Part shown: piece after piece, positions 8,874 to 19,344 of the stretch
Layout: every line of letters starts with the position of its first letter
How positions within the stretch are numbered: the stretch's first letter is position 1
Assembly (NCBI GenBank): GCA_963788395.1
Contig: CAWBGV010000028.1
Coordinates: 18,102-82,101, forward strand
Reading direction: 5' to 3'
Source of the DNA: Candidatus Doudnabacteria bacterium
GTDB lineage: Bacteria; Patescibacteriota; Doudnabacteria; UBA920
DNA: 64,000 nt
The notes under the pieces: model-generated
What the model was told of the DNA's origin: nothing
The model's input: only the letters and a program-made list of their open reading frames with translations
Databases searched by the model: none
Position numbers and translations under genes: made by a program

Positions 8874-9962
8874 ATGGCTAAATTTGATAAAAATACGCCC
8901 TATAACCAGTTGCCTCATTTACCTCCAAAAAGGGAACTTGAAACTAAGCAAGTTCTTAAAAAGACCATATCCGCCAATAAAGAGTTGGCTAATATGGCTG
9001 GTTTTTGTAAACAGCTACCTAATGAAGCAATTTTTTACCACTCCGCTTTTTTAATTAAAGAGGCAAAGGATAGCTCGGAAATAGAAAACATCGTAACTAC
9101 AAATGATGAACTATATCAAGCACTTGCTTCTGGTAAAATCACAACAGACCCAAATATAAGAGAAGTTCTGCATTACATAGATGCACTTTGGGAAGGCTTA
9201 AAAGAAATGAAAAATACAAAAGTATTAACTGTCAGGACTTTCGTAAAAATTGTCAATACAATAAAAGAAAATAATCAAGGTATCAGGATTCATCCAGGGA
9301 CTAAAATACAAAATGACAAAACTAAAGAAATTATTTATACACCCCCGGAGGGTAAAGACGTTATTGAGAACAAACTTAGAAACTTAGAAGAGTATATAAA
9401 TAAAGACGATGATGTTGACCCGCTTATAAAGTTAGCAGTTCTTCATTACCAATTTGAAGCCATACACCCATTCTCGGATGGTAATGGGAGAACTGGCAGA
9501 ATAATAAATATACTCTATTTAGTTTTTAGGAATCTCCTAGAGCATCCCATGCTATTTTTGAGCAAATACATCATTAATAATAAAAATGATTATTATACAA
9601 AATTAAGAAATGTAACAGAACATGATAGATGGGAGGATTGGATTTTATATATACTACAAGGAGTTGAAGAAACATCAATATACACAAAGAAAAAAGTGTC
9701 TGAGATTCTTGACCTAATGAGAGCAACCAAAGAAAGAATAAGAAAAGAAGCTCCTGGAATTTATTCTAAAGATTTATTAGAGGTATTGTTTCGGCAACCG
9801 TATATCAAAGTTCGTTTCTTAGAAGAAGCTGGTATTGTAAAGAGATTAACGGCAGGAAAATATCTAAATAAATTAACAACTATGGGGATATTAAAAAAGG
9901 TAAAAGTTGGAAAAGAAAATCTATATGTTAACCTTGAGTTCTACAAAATATTGAAAAAATAA
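8874..9962 (+). CDS. Fic family protein
   Basis: Fic motif HPFSDGNGRTGR, plus a C-terminal winged-helix-like tail. Confidence 0.9.
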   Translation: MAKFDKNTPYNQLPHLPPKRELETKQVLKKTISANKELANMAGFCKQLPNEAIFYHSAFLIKEAKDSSEIENIVTTNDELYQALASGKITTDPNIREVLHYIDALWEGLKEMKNTKVLTVRTFVKIVNTIKENNQGIRIHPGTKIQNDKTKEIIYTPPEGKDVIENKLRNLEEYINKDDDVDPLIKLAVLHYQFEAIHPFSDGNGRTGRIINILYLVFRNLLEHPMLFLSKYIINNKNDYYTKLRNVTEHDRWEDWILYILQGVEETSIYTKKKVSEILDLMRATKERIRKEAPGIYSKDLLEVLFRQPYIKVRFLEEAGIVKRLTAGKYLNKLTTMGILKKVKVGKENLYVNLEFYKILKK

Positions 9963-10059
9963 AACCGCTACTTGCACCAAAGTCAAAATTAGCAAAGCCC
10001 AAGTTAAAGATACCAACTTTTTAGAATATTTATCGCTACTAACATTAAATTTGTTTATT

Positions 10060-10227
10060 TCATTTACTAGCTGCTCTGAGGCTGTGGCGTTTTTTTTCTA
10101 TAGCTCTACGAGTTAGTTCTGCCATAACAAAATTGCTAACTGAACTGTTTATATCCGCATTCTCTAATTTAGCCTCCAGTTCTTCTTGGCTGTATTCTTT
10201 TATTGGTTTTCCGAGACCAAAAGGCAT
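10060..10227 (-). CDS. small hypothetical protein (55 aa)
   Basis: ATG at 10227, MPFGLGKPIKEYSQEELEAKLENADINSS... It is below the ORF-track cutoff and lies downstream of Fic on the opposite strand. Confidence 0.3.
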   Translation of the reverse strand: MPFGLGKPIKEYSQEELEAKLENADINSSVSNFVMAELTRRAIEKKRHSLRAASK

Positions 10228-10438
10228 AAGTTTTTGATTATAATGCTAAATAATTATAAGATTATATAATTTTGACTTAAGGCCTTATTGAGCGTATAGT
10301 ACATATAGATAGTGATTATGCGGAAATAAAAAGTGTGCGGCAACATGCCCTATATTCCGCCGGGAGGTCAACCATGCTAAATACCACAGGCAATTCTTAT
10401 AGTTAGAATTGTCTTTTTTATATGCGCGGTTTAATAAT

Positions 10439-11353
10439 ATGAAAGAAAAACGCCTTAACCAATCAGTAGATGTAGCTAAAAGCTACCGCAGCCTAGTCGA
10501 AAACATCAGCGACTATGCTATTTTTATGTTGGATACTCAAGGTCAAGTTTTAAGTTGGGACCAGGGAGCCAAGCTCCAATTAGGATATGGTAGAGAAGAA
10601 ATTGTTGGTAAGTCTTTCTCTCTGTTTTATACTCACAAAGATGTTAAGGCGGGGGTTCCGGCCTTCGATTTGTCAGAAGCCAAGTTGTTTGGACGTCACA
10701 TAGATGAAAGGCACTATGTGAAAAAGGATGGCAGTGAATATTGGGGAACGGCTGTTTTGACCTCCAGTGTAGATAAAAAAGGGTCTCACTATGGCTATTC
10801 TATGATTATGCGAGACGTGACAGAAGAAAAGAATCTCCAGCAGATTATTATGCACCGTTCCACTCACGATTATTTGACCGGTTTGCCCAACCGCAGAATT
10901 TTTGAACAAAATTTACTGGAAGCCATAGACCAGAACAAGAAAGGCAGCTTGGTAGCCATCCTCTTTTTAGACTTTAATAATTTTAAGCACGTGAACGATC
11001 AACAGGGTCATGGTTTTGGGGACTTGGTGTTGGTGCAAATTGCGACCAGGCTTTTAAAGGGTATTCGTATTACCGATATGGTTGCCCGTTTAGGTGGTGA
11101 TGAATTTGTAATTCTAACATCCGGTTTTACCGACGTACAGGATATTAAAAGTTTTGCTAGTAAGATTTTAAGACTTTTTCAGGTTCCTGTTAAAATTGGT
11201 AAAAAGTCGGTAAAAACAACGGTCAGTATTGGCGTGGCTATCTATCCTACTGACGGCAAAAAAGCTTCGCAGTTGTTGCACTATTCCGACATGGCGCTTT
11301 ACGAGGCAAAGAAAAATGGCGGTAATCAGTTTTGGCTTTATTCTCAGGATTAA
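10439..11353 (+). CDS. PAS domain-containing diguanylate cyclase (GGDEF)
   Basis: PAS region (NISDYAIFMLDTQGQVLSWDQGA...), then DYLTGLPNRR and RLGGDEFVIL. Confidence 0.9.
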   Translation: MKEKRLNQSVDVAKSYRSLVENISDYAIFMLDTQGQVLSWDQGAKLQLGYGREEIVGKSFSLFYTHKDVKAGVPAFDLSEAKLFGRHIDERHYVKKDGSEYWGTAVLTSSVDKKGSHYGYSMIMRDVTEEKNLQQIIMHRSTHDYLTGLPNRRIFEQNLLEAIDQNKKGSLVAILFLDFNNFKHVNDQQGHGFGDLVLVQIATRLLKGIRITDMVARLGGDEFVILTSGFTDVQDIKSFASKILRLFQVPVKIGKKSVKTTVSIGVAIYPTDGKKASQLLHYSDMALYEAKKNGGNQFWLYSQD

Positions 11354-11379
11354 GTTAACGAACGTGGAAAGGAAGAATT

Positions 11380-11670
11380 ATGCAGTACGATTTTGATGAT
11401 TTTTTAAATACTATAAAGTATCTTGATCAGGAAGATATTCTAAAGACTACTCATCAGCAGCAGCTGTCTTTGAACAGGTTTTACCCCAGGTATACAAAGG
11501 AAGAAAGGCTGGATTTGCAAAACAGTCTCCAAGGTTTTTTATTTTGGATAGAAACTAAGCAGCATCCGCCCGGCATGAGCCACGCCAATTTTGAAAAACT
11601 CAAACCCATCTGCAAAAATCTCATAAAAAAACACCAACTGGAACCAGCAGCCCTGGAACTGTTTACCTAA
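11380..11670 (+). CDS. hypothetical protein
   Basis: 96-aa ORF, 27 nt after the GGDEF gene, preceded by aaggaag. Confidence 0.45.
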   Translation: MQYDFDDFLNTIKYLDQEDILKTTHQQQLSLNRFYPRYTKEERLDLQNSLQGFLFWIETKQHPPGMSHANFEKLKPICKNLIKKHQLEPAALELFT

Positions 11671-11873
11671 CAAAAACACCCAAATATTAGGGGGCGTTCG
11701 TTCCGTGTGGAGCTCTTAGGTAGTAGCAACCAGAAATGAAATTGCGCGGATTGGAGAGAGTTTTTACGTTCCAGAGTTTGCCCTTTAGGAAAATAGAAAT
11801 TTGGTTAGAAATGGACGGCTTATTTTGGGTAGTTTTATTTTACCCCACAAGCCTTCACACTATAAATTAGAAA

Positions 11874-12422
11874 TTAATCAGCTTCATCTCTAGCGATTTG
11901 AAATCCTCGTCTGCCCTCCGGGTCAAGTTTAAATCTTCCGACCCACCGATAAGCCTTATAAGCCGGCACTTCATTTGTGTATCTTTCGCCCAAGTCCATT
12001 ATCCGTCGTTTAAGGTCTGTTAACTGTCCCGGAAAAGCAAAATTTCCTGTTTTTCTCGCTTGTTGAGCATAGGACTTAAACGCTTGGTCAAAATCGGACA
12101 GCAGTTTTTTCATTTCCTCAATTATATCTTTGCCCGTTTTTTCGTTCTGCTTGGATAGGTCTATGCTGTTATACCGTGTCAATAAAAAATTTAAACTCCT
12201 TTCCGCATCATCCAAGTCTTTTTCGTCACTGATAAACATTTCAGTAGGCATACTGTTAACCAAAGGCACATCATTTTCAGCCATTATGGGAAAACAATCT
12301 TCATAAAGGCTCGGGTCAATGCCCTGCTTTCGTAAAATATCTTCGCCATAGGCGATTTGCTGTTGTCTTTCTAATTCTGGGTCGTCGTGTGATTGCATAA
12401 AAAAATGATTGCGATTTATCAA
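11874..12422 (-). CDS. hypothetical protein
   Basis: 182-aa ORF, no motif. Confidence 0.5.
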   Translation of the reverse strand: MINRNHFFMQSHDDPELERQQQIAYGEDILRKQGIDPSLYEDCFPIMAENDVPLVNSMPTEMFISDEKDLDDAERSLNFLLTRYNSIDLSKQNEKTGKDIIEEMKKLLSDFDQAFKSYAQQARKTGNFAFPGQLTDLKRRIMDLGERYTNEVPAYKAYRWVGRFKLDPEGRRGFQIARDEAD

Positions 12423-12658
12423 GGTTATTATATACTTTTTTGACTTTTGTTTCTATTCTCCTTTCGGGTAAGACAAAATCCATCCAAATCAAACAAAAAA
12501 CGCCAGCATAAACTGGTGTTCTTTGTGGAGCGGCTTAGTCAAGGACGTCAGAACTGCAATAGTGGAAATAAACGGGAATTTGAAGTTTCCGAACTTCGTG
12601 TTACAAGGGCGAATTTAGGGTTTTATCGGTTTATAGGGGCTTGGTAAAATAGTGTTTA

Positions 12659-13399
12659 CTAAGGATTTTCCCGACCTTCTTTCTTTTCCTTTTCTAAAAG
12701 TGTAATTTCCTCTTGGATCTGTTCATCGCTGAATTTTAGATCCTTTTTATACCAGAGCATGTTGGCTTGTCCGAAACTAAAAAACCTATTTATTTTTAGT
12801 GAGCTAATTTTATTAACTTCCTTAAGCAGCAGCCGGACTTTAATTCTTAGTTTGACCAAGTCATCAACGATTTTTGGGTATTGTTCTTTGATGCCAGTAA
12901 GAGCTTCGACAAAAAAGTCATTTCCATTTTGAGGGTGTATTGCGTCTTTGCTTCCTTTCATCCGTTTATAAGCTGCGTATTCAGCAGATATTATTCTTAA
13001 ATGGTGATCTAAGCCTTTGAGCTTTCTAACTTGGACATAAAATTCATTCAAAAGTTCGTTGTTATAAGTTTTAAAAAAATTTATCGCTGGAAAATCATAA
13101 AATTGAAAATCTTTAACAAATATTGCTTGTGGATTATTATTTACCGACAAAAATTCTTCAATCAACTTTGTATTGTATGACGAAACGTTCAGCCATTCTA
13201 AGAAAAATATTTCGGCTTGTCCTAAAAAATCCCTATACTCTTTGTTAAGCGAAAAAGCCTTTTCATATCTTATAAGCAAGTAAGGCATTAATACCGAAAT
13301 AACCAAGGCAACGCTGCTTATTAATACAGGCAGAATATCTTTCAAAAAATCTAAAGGCCTGCTTTGTATTAAATGTGGGGCTTGCTCAATAAATACCAT
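12659..13399 (-). CDS. hypothetical membrane-anchored protein
   Basis: 246-aa ORF with an N-terminal hydrophobic segment (ILPVLISSVALVISVLMPYLLI). Confidence 0.5.
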   Translation of the reverse strand: MVFIEQAPHLIQSRPLDFLKDILPVLISSVALVISVLMPYLLIRYEKAFSLNKEYRDFLGQAEIFFLEWLNVSSYNTKLIEEFLSVNNNPQAIFVKDFQFYDFPAINFFKTYNNELLNEFYVQVRKLKGLDHHLRIISAEYAAYKRMKGSKDAIHPQNGNDFFVEALTGIKEQYPKIVDDLVKLRIKVRLLLKEVNKISSLKINRFFSFGQANMLWYKKDLKFSDEQIQEEITLLEKEKKEGRENP

Positions 13400-13573
13400 T
13401 GTTTGGTTTTACTTTCGGGTGTCTAAGGTTAATGCTCGCAACGGCAGATTCGCTTTATCGATTACCCATACACACCCAGTTCCCATATATTCGCCGGCTG
13501 AAAATATATAGAGTTGAGTAGTAGAGTCGGTTTATAAGTCCTTACAGAAACACCGCTTTGTAATAGCGGTGTT

Positions 13574-13939
13574 TTATATTTCTATAACCGTAATTTCTTT
13601 GATTTTATTGAACTGCTTATCTTGAGTTACTAGCGGCAACTCCAGCATGATGGCAGTTGCGGCTATGGCGGCATCCGGCAGGCCGAGGCCATAAATTCTG
13701 CGGCATTGGGCGGCCACGTCAGCGATAGCATCGTCAAATGGGACGGAGACAAAAGTTTCTAAAAAGGTTTTTACTTTTTCTACAGCTTCAGGGCTTAAGG
13801 TTTTAAGCGACAAAACTTCTGCTGTAGTTATTGAGGATATAATAAAAGCCCGGCCCTCTTGGCGCCAGGTGGTTAGTTGATCCAGAATTGCCGGTTCGCC
13901 ATTGAGATACCGGATTAAGACGTTGCTGTCAAAAAGCAT
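13574..13939 (-). CDS. vapC: PIN-domain toxin (VapC-like)
   Basis: MLFDSNVLIRYL..., acidic PIN residues, and ...LVTQDKQF. It abuts the upstream antitoxin ORF. Confidence 0.8.
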   Translation of the reverse strand: MLFDSNVLIRYLNGEPAILDQLTTWRQEGRAFIISSITTAEVLSLKTLSPEAVEKVKTFLETFVSVPFDDAIADVAAQCRRIYGLGLPDAAIAATAIMLELPLVTQDKQFNKIKEITVIEI

Positions 13940-14140
13940 TTATTTGGCTAAGCGTTCTAATTTAGCAAGCCTGGTTTCCCAAGTCTTGCGGATTTGTTTC
14001 TGATAGGCTAAAGCGCTTACCTTTTTTTTGCCTTTTAAAATGCCGGCAACGTTAAGCCAGCTCTGCGGCACAGGGTAACGCATAGTTTCTAATTCTTGAG
14101 GGGTTATAATTCTAGCTTGTTTTAAGGTTGTTGTAGACAT
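13940..14140 (-). CDS. type II antitoxin (VapB-like)
   Basis: 66-aa ORF whose stop is adjacent to the vapC start. Confidence 0.6.
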   Translation of the reverse strand: MSTTTLKQARIITPQELETMRYPVPQSWLNVAGILKGKKKVSALAYQKQIRKTWETRLAKLERLAK

Positions 14141-14203
14141 ATAATTGTAATTTCCTTTCTTTTATAGTAGACGATTGTTGGGGGGAAGTCAAACAAAGTT
14201 TAT

Positions 14204-14241
14204 AAAAAAAGCCCGTATAAGACACAGTGTCTTATACGGGC
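14204..14241 (-). terminator. rho-independent terminator (left edge of GC-rich island)
   Basis: Perfect 15-bp palindrome gcccgtataagacac/gtgtcttatacgggc, with an A7 run that reads as a U-run on the minus strand. Confidence 0.75.
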
Positions 14242-14268
14242 TGAGAATTCAAATACTGGATCTGTTGA

Positions 14269-15585
14269 TCAAGCCGTAGCGTTTTCTTGTCCAGGGGGAA
14301 CCTTTTCCGCCACAAGGTTCAACTGACGCCGTTGCTCAATTGCTCTGGTCAGTAAATCTCGCGCCGACTCAAAGTCAGTCATTGCCAATTCACCTGCTAA
14401 CAAGCAAATGCGTTCTGACTCGCCAGCGTGCTCCGCTGGTGTTATCCGTTGAAGTTGAGAACAGAAAGTGGCGATCTTTTGCTGTCGTCGCCTTTCTTTC
14501 TGCTCGGGAGTTTCGAATTGGACTGAGGGTGCCGGCGGCAAGGATTCCCGTTCCAAGCGTTTGAGCTCTTGAATTTCGGCCTCGCGCTGCTTCCGTTCCT
14601 TTTTAGCCATAGTCTTCCATTGCGCTTCGACAAGCTTCTGCAATTCCATCACATCCGCAGCGGCCAAAAAATAACGGAGCTTGGCCACGGGACGGCGTTG
14701 TGCCCGCATGTCCTTTTGGTATTCCAGGAACATGAAATACGGGGCTTTGTAGGAGATGGAAATGCCGCCGATTGCCAAACTGAGCAAAAGGTAAAGACAG
14801 CCGATGACCAACTCTTGCGGCCTTTTGAAATTCTTCCTGACTTCTTGCAGGTAGTCACGATAAAGCTGCTCCGCATTGGTATAGAATTTGGCGGCGGCCA
14901 TCTGTTGACTTACGGCATATGACCTCGGCGCGGTGAAAAAGAAATTGCGAAGGTCGGGTTCTGTCCCTTGCTTGTCTATCCGTTCCAAATGCGCGCCGCT
15001 CAAATCATATTTAACAGTGGACATCCTGAGTCCTGCCTCTACGTGATCAGGGTCTGGGATGCTGCCGAAGATTGCCAAATACTTCGGCTGGTTGACCACA
15101 TGCTCTGTATGCCGAAGTTCCGCTAATGTCACGCAGACCACGTCACGGTGGCTGGACACTATAAATTCTGTTAGCGTCATTTGCGGCGTGATATGGTCGG
15201 TGATATGGAATGGGACAGGGAGACGGAACGGCATATCAGCAGCAGGGTTGGAGACAGGAAAAGCTTTCTCGCATCCCGTTGCCAAAGTGTCGTCCATCCT
15301 CACTGCTGTAGCGTAGATACCTCGCGATTGGCTCTGTTTTGCGAAAATCTGAACGGCACTCAGCAGAGGTCGGGTCGAAAAGATTTTCCCAGCTGCCCAG
15401 TAAACAAAGGGGTGGATGTGAGCCAACGCGAAGCAGATGATGGTAGCAAGCACGGAAACCGCTCCGCACTTGAGAAGCTTGGGCTTCAGCCGGTTGATGC
15501 GGTCGTAGTCCAGTTCAGGTTTGTTGCGATCCATGAATTTCCTCTTTTCTATTGTCAAAGCGCGGTTCTTTTTTGGCAGCCGCAA
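14269..15585 (-). CDS. hypothetical membrane protein (GC-rich island)
   Basis: 438-aa ORF with two hydrophobic segments and a charged coiled-coil-like C-terminus. No known motif. Confidence 0.6.
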   Translation of the reverse strand: MRLPKKNRALTIEKRKFMDRNKPELDYDRINRLKPKLLKCGAVSVLATIICFALAHIHPFVYWAAGKIFSTRPLLSAVQIFAKQSQSRGIYATAVRMDDTLATGCEKAFPVSNPAADMPFRLPVPFHITDHITPQMTLTEFIVSSHRDVVCVTLAELRHTEHVVNQPKYLAIFGSIPDPDHVEAGLRMSTVKYDLSGAHLERIDKQGTEPDLRNFFFTAPRSYAVSQQMAAAKFYTNAEQLYRDYLQEVRKNFKRPQELVIGCLYLLLSLAIGGISISYKAPYFMFLEYQKDMRAQRRPVAKLRYFLAAADVMELQKLVEAQWKTMAKKERKQREAEIQELKRLERESLPPAPSVQFETPEQKERRRQQKIATFCSQLQRITPAEHAGESERICLLAGELAMTDFESARDLLTRAIEQRRQLNLVAEKVPPGQENATA

Positions 15586-15734
15586 TCCAAATAATCCTTT
15601 AAGGGATCAAGGAAATATAGCATAAACAGGCCTTTCCGTCAACCTTAGCCGATATAGCGTGGACACTTTTATAGACACAAAAAAGCTGTTATAATAACAG
15701 CAAGGGAATCCAGCATTAAAAATAGTCTTATTTT

Positions 15735-16380
15735 ATGGAAACTAAACATAATGTCGGCGAACACTATAAAAATTTAGAATCCCATTGGGAAAGCACCGAC
15801 TCATTAAAAAAATCACAAGCCAATTATGATTTGGCCACTGGTTTGCGAACTGAAGCTACAGCAGAAGAAGAAAAGGCCGCAGAAGAAATGATGACCGAAG
15901 CCAAGCAGGAATTGGATAAAGTCCAAGGAGAGTATGACACAGTCATCGCGCAAGGCAAGGAAATCGGCGACCAAGAAAAAAATATGGAACTTTGGCTCGA
16001 AGCTTACCAAGAACACTATGAATTTTTAATGGGTCAAGCGAGGGAATTAAAACAAAAAATCGATCTTTTCAAATCTACTTTGCAATCCGACAAGCTTTTA
16101 AGCCAAGCAAAGGAGCAACCGTTGCCAACTTATGTTTCGGAAGAAATTACAGATGAAGTTGGGCGCAACCGAGTCCGATATCTTTTTATGGAAATGTTCC
16201 AAGGCGCATATGCCAATGCCAAAGCAGAAGGATCCTCACCACACGCGGTTTTAGGCACCAGATCAAATTGAATCTTTCTGGCAACGCGCGGTAAAACGCT
16301 TCCAAGCCGAGCCTAAAAAGGCAACACCTGTGAAGGCGCCGGCAGGCTGGACACCTTGGCATAAAGAAAAAACGGAATAA
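15735..16380 (+). CDS. hypothetical coiled-coil protein, probable frameshift near 16255
   Basis: The ORF 15735-16271 continues in another frame as PDQIESFWQRAVKRFQAEPKKATPVKAPAGWTPWHKEKTE*, ending just before a terminator hairpin. Confidence 0.5.
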
Positions 16381-16446
16381 CTTTTTTCAGACAATAAGAA
16401 AGGGCGTGTCGGCAAAAATACCGGCGCGCCCTTTTTTTGGTTACGG

Positions 16447-16707
16447 TCACATCACGCGACTGGTCGGCAGCGCTTCAGAGACCAATTCTTCCATTTCCGG
16501 AGTTTCTCCGCGAGCCGGAAGTTTGCGTGAAGCGAGAATAAGGTCTTTCAATCGTTCCCTCTCCTTCAGAGGCAGGAATTGTTCAAGGCCGTCGACGGCC
16601 TTTAGTCCAGCCATCTGATTGTTAAATACCCTTACGCCGAAGGTTCCTTGTAGCACGCCAAAAGTCGTCGGCGGATTTTCAAACTGTTCAACCGTAAATT
16701 TCACCAT
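16447..16707 (-). CDS. hypothetical protein
   Basis: 86-aa ORF with a gaggtg SD-like sequence upstream. Confidence 0.45.
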   Translation of the reverse strand: MVKFTVEQFENPPTTFGVLQGTFGVRVFNNQMAGLKAVDGLEQFLPLKERERLKDLILASRKLPARGETPEMEELVSEALPTSRVM

Positions 16708-16804
16708 TGCAGCACCTCCAATTTTATTTGTTTGCGTCTAAAGAATAAGACTTCTTATAATATATCTTTTTATATGTTTTGTCCATAGCCTTAAAGTTCG
16801 GTGC

Positions 16805-16833
16805 TTGACAAATAGCCTTATTTATAGTAAATT
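16805..16833 (+). promoter_or_regulatory. sigma70-type promoter
   Basis: TTGACA, 17 nt, TAAATT, about 45 nt upstream of the SD aaaggagg of the 16878 gene. Confidence 0.5.
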
Positions 16834-16877
16834 ATTAAGTTCCAGTAGTTAGAAAATCACAATTAAAAGGAGGGGCT

Positions 16878-17747
16878 ATGAGAGAAGGAATTCTTGACCA
16901 GCTTCCAAAGACGCTTACCAAAGAAACGGTCGTGCTCGTCGTCGGGCCTGACCAATACCCCGGACTCAACCATGTCAAAGCCCTCATTCAGGATTTGAAC
17001 CGCGAAGAGAAGTGGATCAGAGATGAATTTCGCACTGACGTGTCCGATTCGCAGGTTTCCAATAAGGTGGGTATCATACTCACTTTGGTTGGCACCAAAC
17101 ACGGCTCACTTAGTAATGTCCGACGAGCGGCAAAAAACCTCAATGCCTGCTGTCCAAATCAGGCACTGACTATCGCCGAAACGAAGGATATCCTAACGCG
17201 GCTCGCTGACCTCCGTAAAGGAGTCGCTCCGCCGCAGACCCTACCCGGGGCGCATAACGGGAACGGCAGCCACCCTGTGCCCGGCGCGGGCGAAGGGCAA
17301 CGGCTTGACCGCCTACGGACTTCTGCTCAAGAGTCGAGCAAGGAGTTTATCGCCGTTGTAACCCAACCCCTACCACAACCCGATTCGCCGACCACTGCCG
17401 CACAGATGACCGCGTCAGCAGAGACGGGAGAGCCGGAGGAGTTGGATGCTGCATTGACAGCCCTCGACACATTCGGCTCCGCTTTTGCTGAAGCCCAGGA
17501 TGCAGTCCTTATGGTCGGTGACCGGCTCAAAGCCGTAATGGCCGAACGGGACCAATTCCAAAGGCAACTGGCAACAAAGGATGGTGAAATCGCCGACCTG
17601 CGTAGCCAACTCGGCAAGACGGCAGACCTCACCAAAGAGAATGGAATTCTCATCGCCAAGAACAAGGAACTTCAAACAGAAGTCCAACGCCTTCAGCAGG
17701 CTTTCGACAACCTCGAGAGCCTGATCAAAGGGGCGCGGAAAAAGTAG
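16878..17747 (+). CDS. hypothetical protein with C-terminal coiled coil
   Basis: 289-aa ORF with a strong SD and a Pro/Ala-rich linker, followed by a heptad-like C-terminus. Confidence 0.6.
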   Translation: MREGILDQLPKTLTKETVVLVVGPDQYPGLNHVKALIQDLNREEKWIRDEFRTDVSDSQVSNKVGIILTLVGTKHGSLSNVRRAAKNLNACCPNQALTIAETKDILTRLADLRKGVAPPQTLPGAHNGNGSHPVPGAGEGQRLDRLRTSAQESSKEFIAVVTQPLPQPDSPTTAAQMTASAETGEPEELDAALTALDTFGSAFAEAQDAVLMVGDRLKAVMAERDQFQRQLATKDGEIADLRSQLGKTADLTKENGILIAKNKELQTEVQRLQQAFDNLESLIKGARKK

Positions 17748-17766
17748 GGTGAAACCTACAACTTGC

Positions 17767-17800
17767 AGCCACGGATCGCAGTTTGATCCGTGGCTTTTTT
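17767..17800 (+). terminator. rho-independent terminator
   Basis: agccacggatc / gatccgtggct stem followed by TTTTTT. Confidence 0.75.
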
Positions 17801-17811
17801 AATTCCATTAG

Positions 17812-19195
17812 TATTTTCCAGTCAAGAGAATATACTGAAAGTAAACGCCGCACCGTGAGTTGTTAAGGATTAATGGTGTTTAATGGTTTTCCAGATTTCT
17901 CTCTTAGCCTCGTTCATCTGTTTGGCAAATTCGTTGTCTGAAAGCGCGAGGGAAATATCGTCCAGCTCTTTTTGCGTCCGTCCTGGGGCAAGATATTGTG
18001 TCCAGTTTTCCAATGTTTTTAATTTTTCATAAGGCGTGAGGTAAATTTCGTATTTTTTCTTCTGCTTGCCTTGGTTATCGGTGTATGTGGTAGGGTAGGC
18101 GCACTGTCGATGGAAATTCAGGTAGGTATTAAAGTGGCTTGTATACCATTGGTTAATAGCCGGAGCAAACTTTTTAGGAATGTAGCTGTAACCATTCCAC
18201 TTGCGGATAATCTTGTTCTTGGTTTCGGCCAGCCCGTTGTCGTTGCTATGTCTGCTTCTGGATTTGGTTTGTTTGACTATTAAGCGTTCCAGCAAGTCCG
18301 CTACCTGATAGTTAATGTATTCGCTGCCATTGTCGGAATGGAAGTTTAAAATTTTAAAGGGAAATTCGGTTAAGGCTTTCTCCAGGGCCGGTATTAAAAA
18401 GTATTCGCTGATACCCTCCACGCAAACTACGATTTCCCATTGGGTGACTTCATCAACCAGGTTAATATGGTATACGCCTTTCTGCTTGTCCAAATCCCCC
18501 TGATGCACGGAATCTACCCGTAAATAGCCTGGTTTGCCGTAGGGCTGGGGTTTCCTGCGTTCCCCGATGGGAACCGTAACGGGATTGGTTTTAGTGTAAG
18601 TCAAAGCTTTACCGATATACCTGTCAGTACCACGCAGATTGTAAATGTGGCCTAAAGAAATATTTTGCAGGCGGACAAACTTTTCATCCTTAAACAGATT
18701 AAACATCCGCTTAAAAATGTTTTGTAAAGCCTGCCCAGTCGGCCGTCTGTGGAGATTGTCGGTTTCAGCCAAAGTTTCAATGTCGGCTTCGGTGTAAACT
18801 TTGGTAAAAATATTCCTTTTGCCCCAATCGGAAGACACGGTTAATTTTAATTGTCCCTTATCACGCTTCCTGCCCAACAGTTTTTTAATCTGAATCTTGG
18901 AATAGCCGGTAATCTTCGCCAGGTAGTTAATGGTAATTCCTTTTTCCTTTTTTCCCAGCTTAAAGTATGTAATCTGGTTAGTTTGTTTGGCTATCCAGTC
19001 ATAGACCTCCTGTTTACCCTGGGCCTGGAGCTGTAAGTGGCTGCTGCCCTTTAAAAAATCCTCCATTTGATTTATGCTAACTGCACATGAGTCGTTCATG
19101 GTGATGGTCATAACTCACAGTGTAGCGACTCGTGTTTTTAATGCCCAGCCTGTTCTATGTCCGAATTTCAGTATCTTTCCCATTGGAAACAGGGA
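17812..19195 (-). mobile_element. insertion sequence with rve (DDE) transposase
   Basis: Imperfect terminal inverted repeats (...gagaatatactgaaa at the left, tttcagtatctttccc... at the right) around a single transposase ORF. The element is AT-richer than the GC-rich DNA on both sides. Confidence 0.6.
17870..19111 (-). CDS. DDE transposase, integrase core (rve) domain
   Basis: N-terminal HTH, then the triad context VDSVHQGD ... FHSDNGSEY ... NGLAETKN. Confidence 0.8.
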   Translation of the reverse strand: MTITMNDSCAVSINQMEDFLKGSSHLQLQAQGKQEVYDWIAKQTNQITYFKLGKKEKGITINYLAKITGYSKIQIKKLLGRKRDKGQLKLTVSSDWGKRNIFTKVYTEADIETLAETDNLHRRPTGQALQNIFKRMFNLFKDEKFVRLQNISLGHIYNLRGTDRYIGKALTYTKTNPVTVPIGERRKPQPYGKPGYLRVDSVHQGDLDKQKGVYHINLVDEVTQWEIVVCVEGISEYFLIPALEKALTEFPFKILNFHSDNGSEYINYQVADLLERLIVKQTKSRSRHSNDNGLAETKNKIIRKWNGYSYIPKKFAPAINQWYTSHFNTYLNFHRQCAYPTTYTDNQGKQKKKYEIYLTPYEKLKTLENWTQYLAPGRTQKELDDISLALSDNEFAKQMNEAKREIWKTIKHH

Positions 19196-19234
19196 GAGCC
19201 CTCAGTATCCTTTTGTATTGTAAAATACTGGGCT

Positions 19235-19263
19235 TTGACATTTCCCTTTATATCCTGTATAAT
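19235..19263 (+). promoter_or_regulatory. consensus sigma70 promoter
   Basis: TTGACA (19235-19240), 17 nt, TATAAT (19258-19263), upstream of the 19345-21565 gene pair. Confidence 0.65.
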
Positions 19264-19344
19264 TTTAAGTTCCTCAGGCCTACCCAGACGTATCCTGAAG
19301 ACAAAACTTGAGATTGCAAATTTCCAATTTAATAGGAGGCTTAA

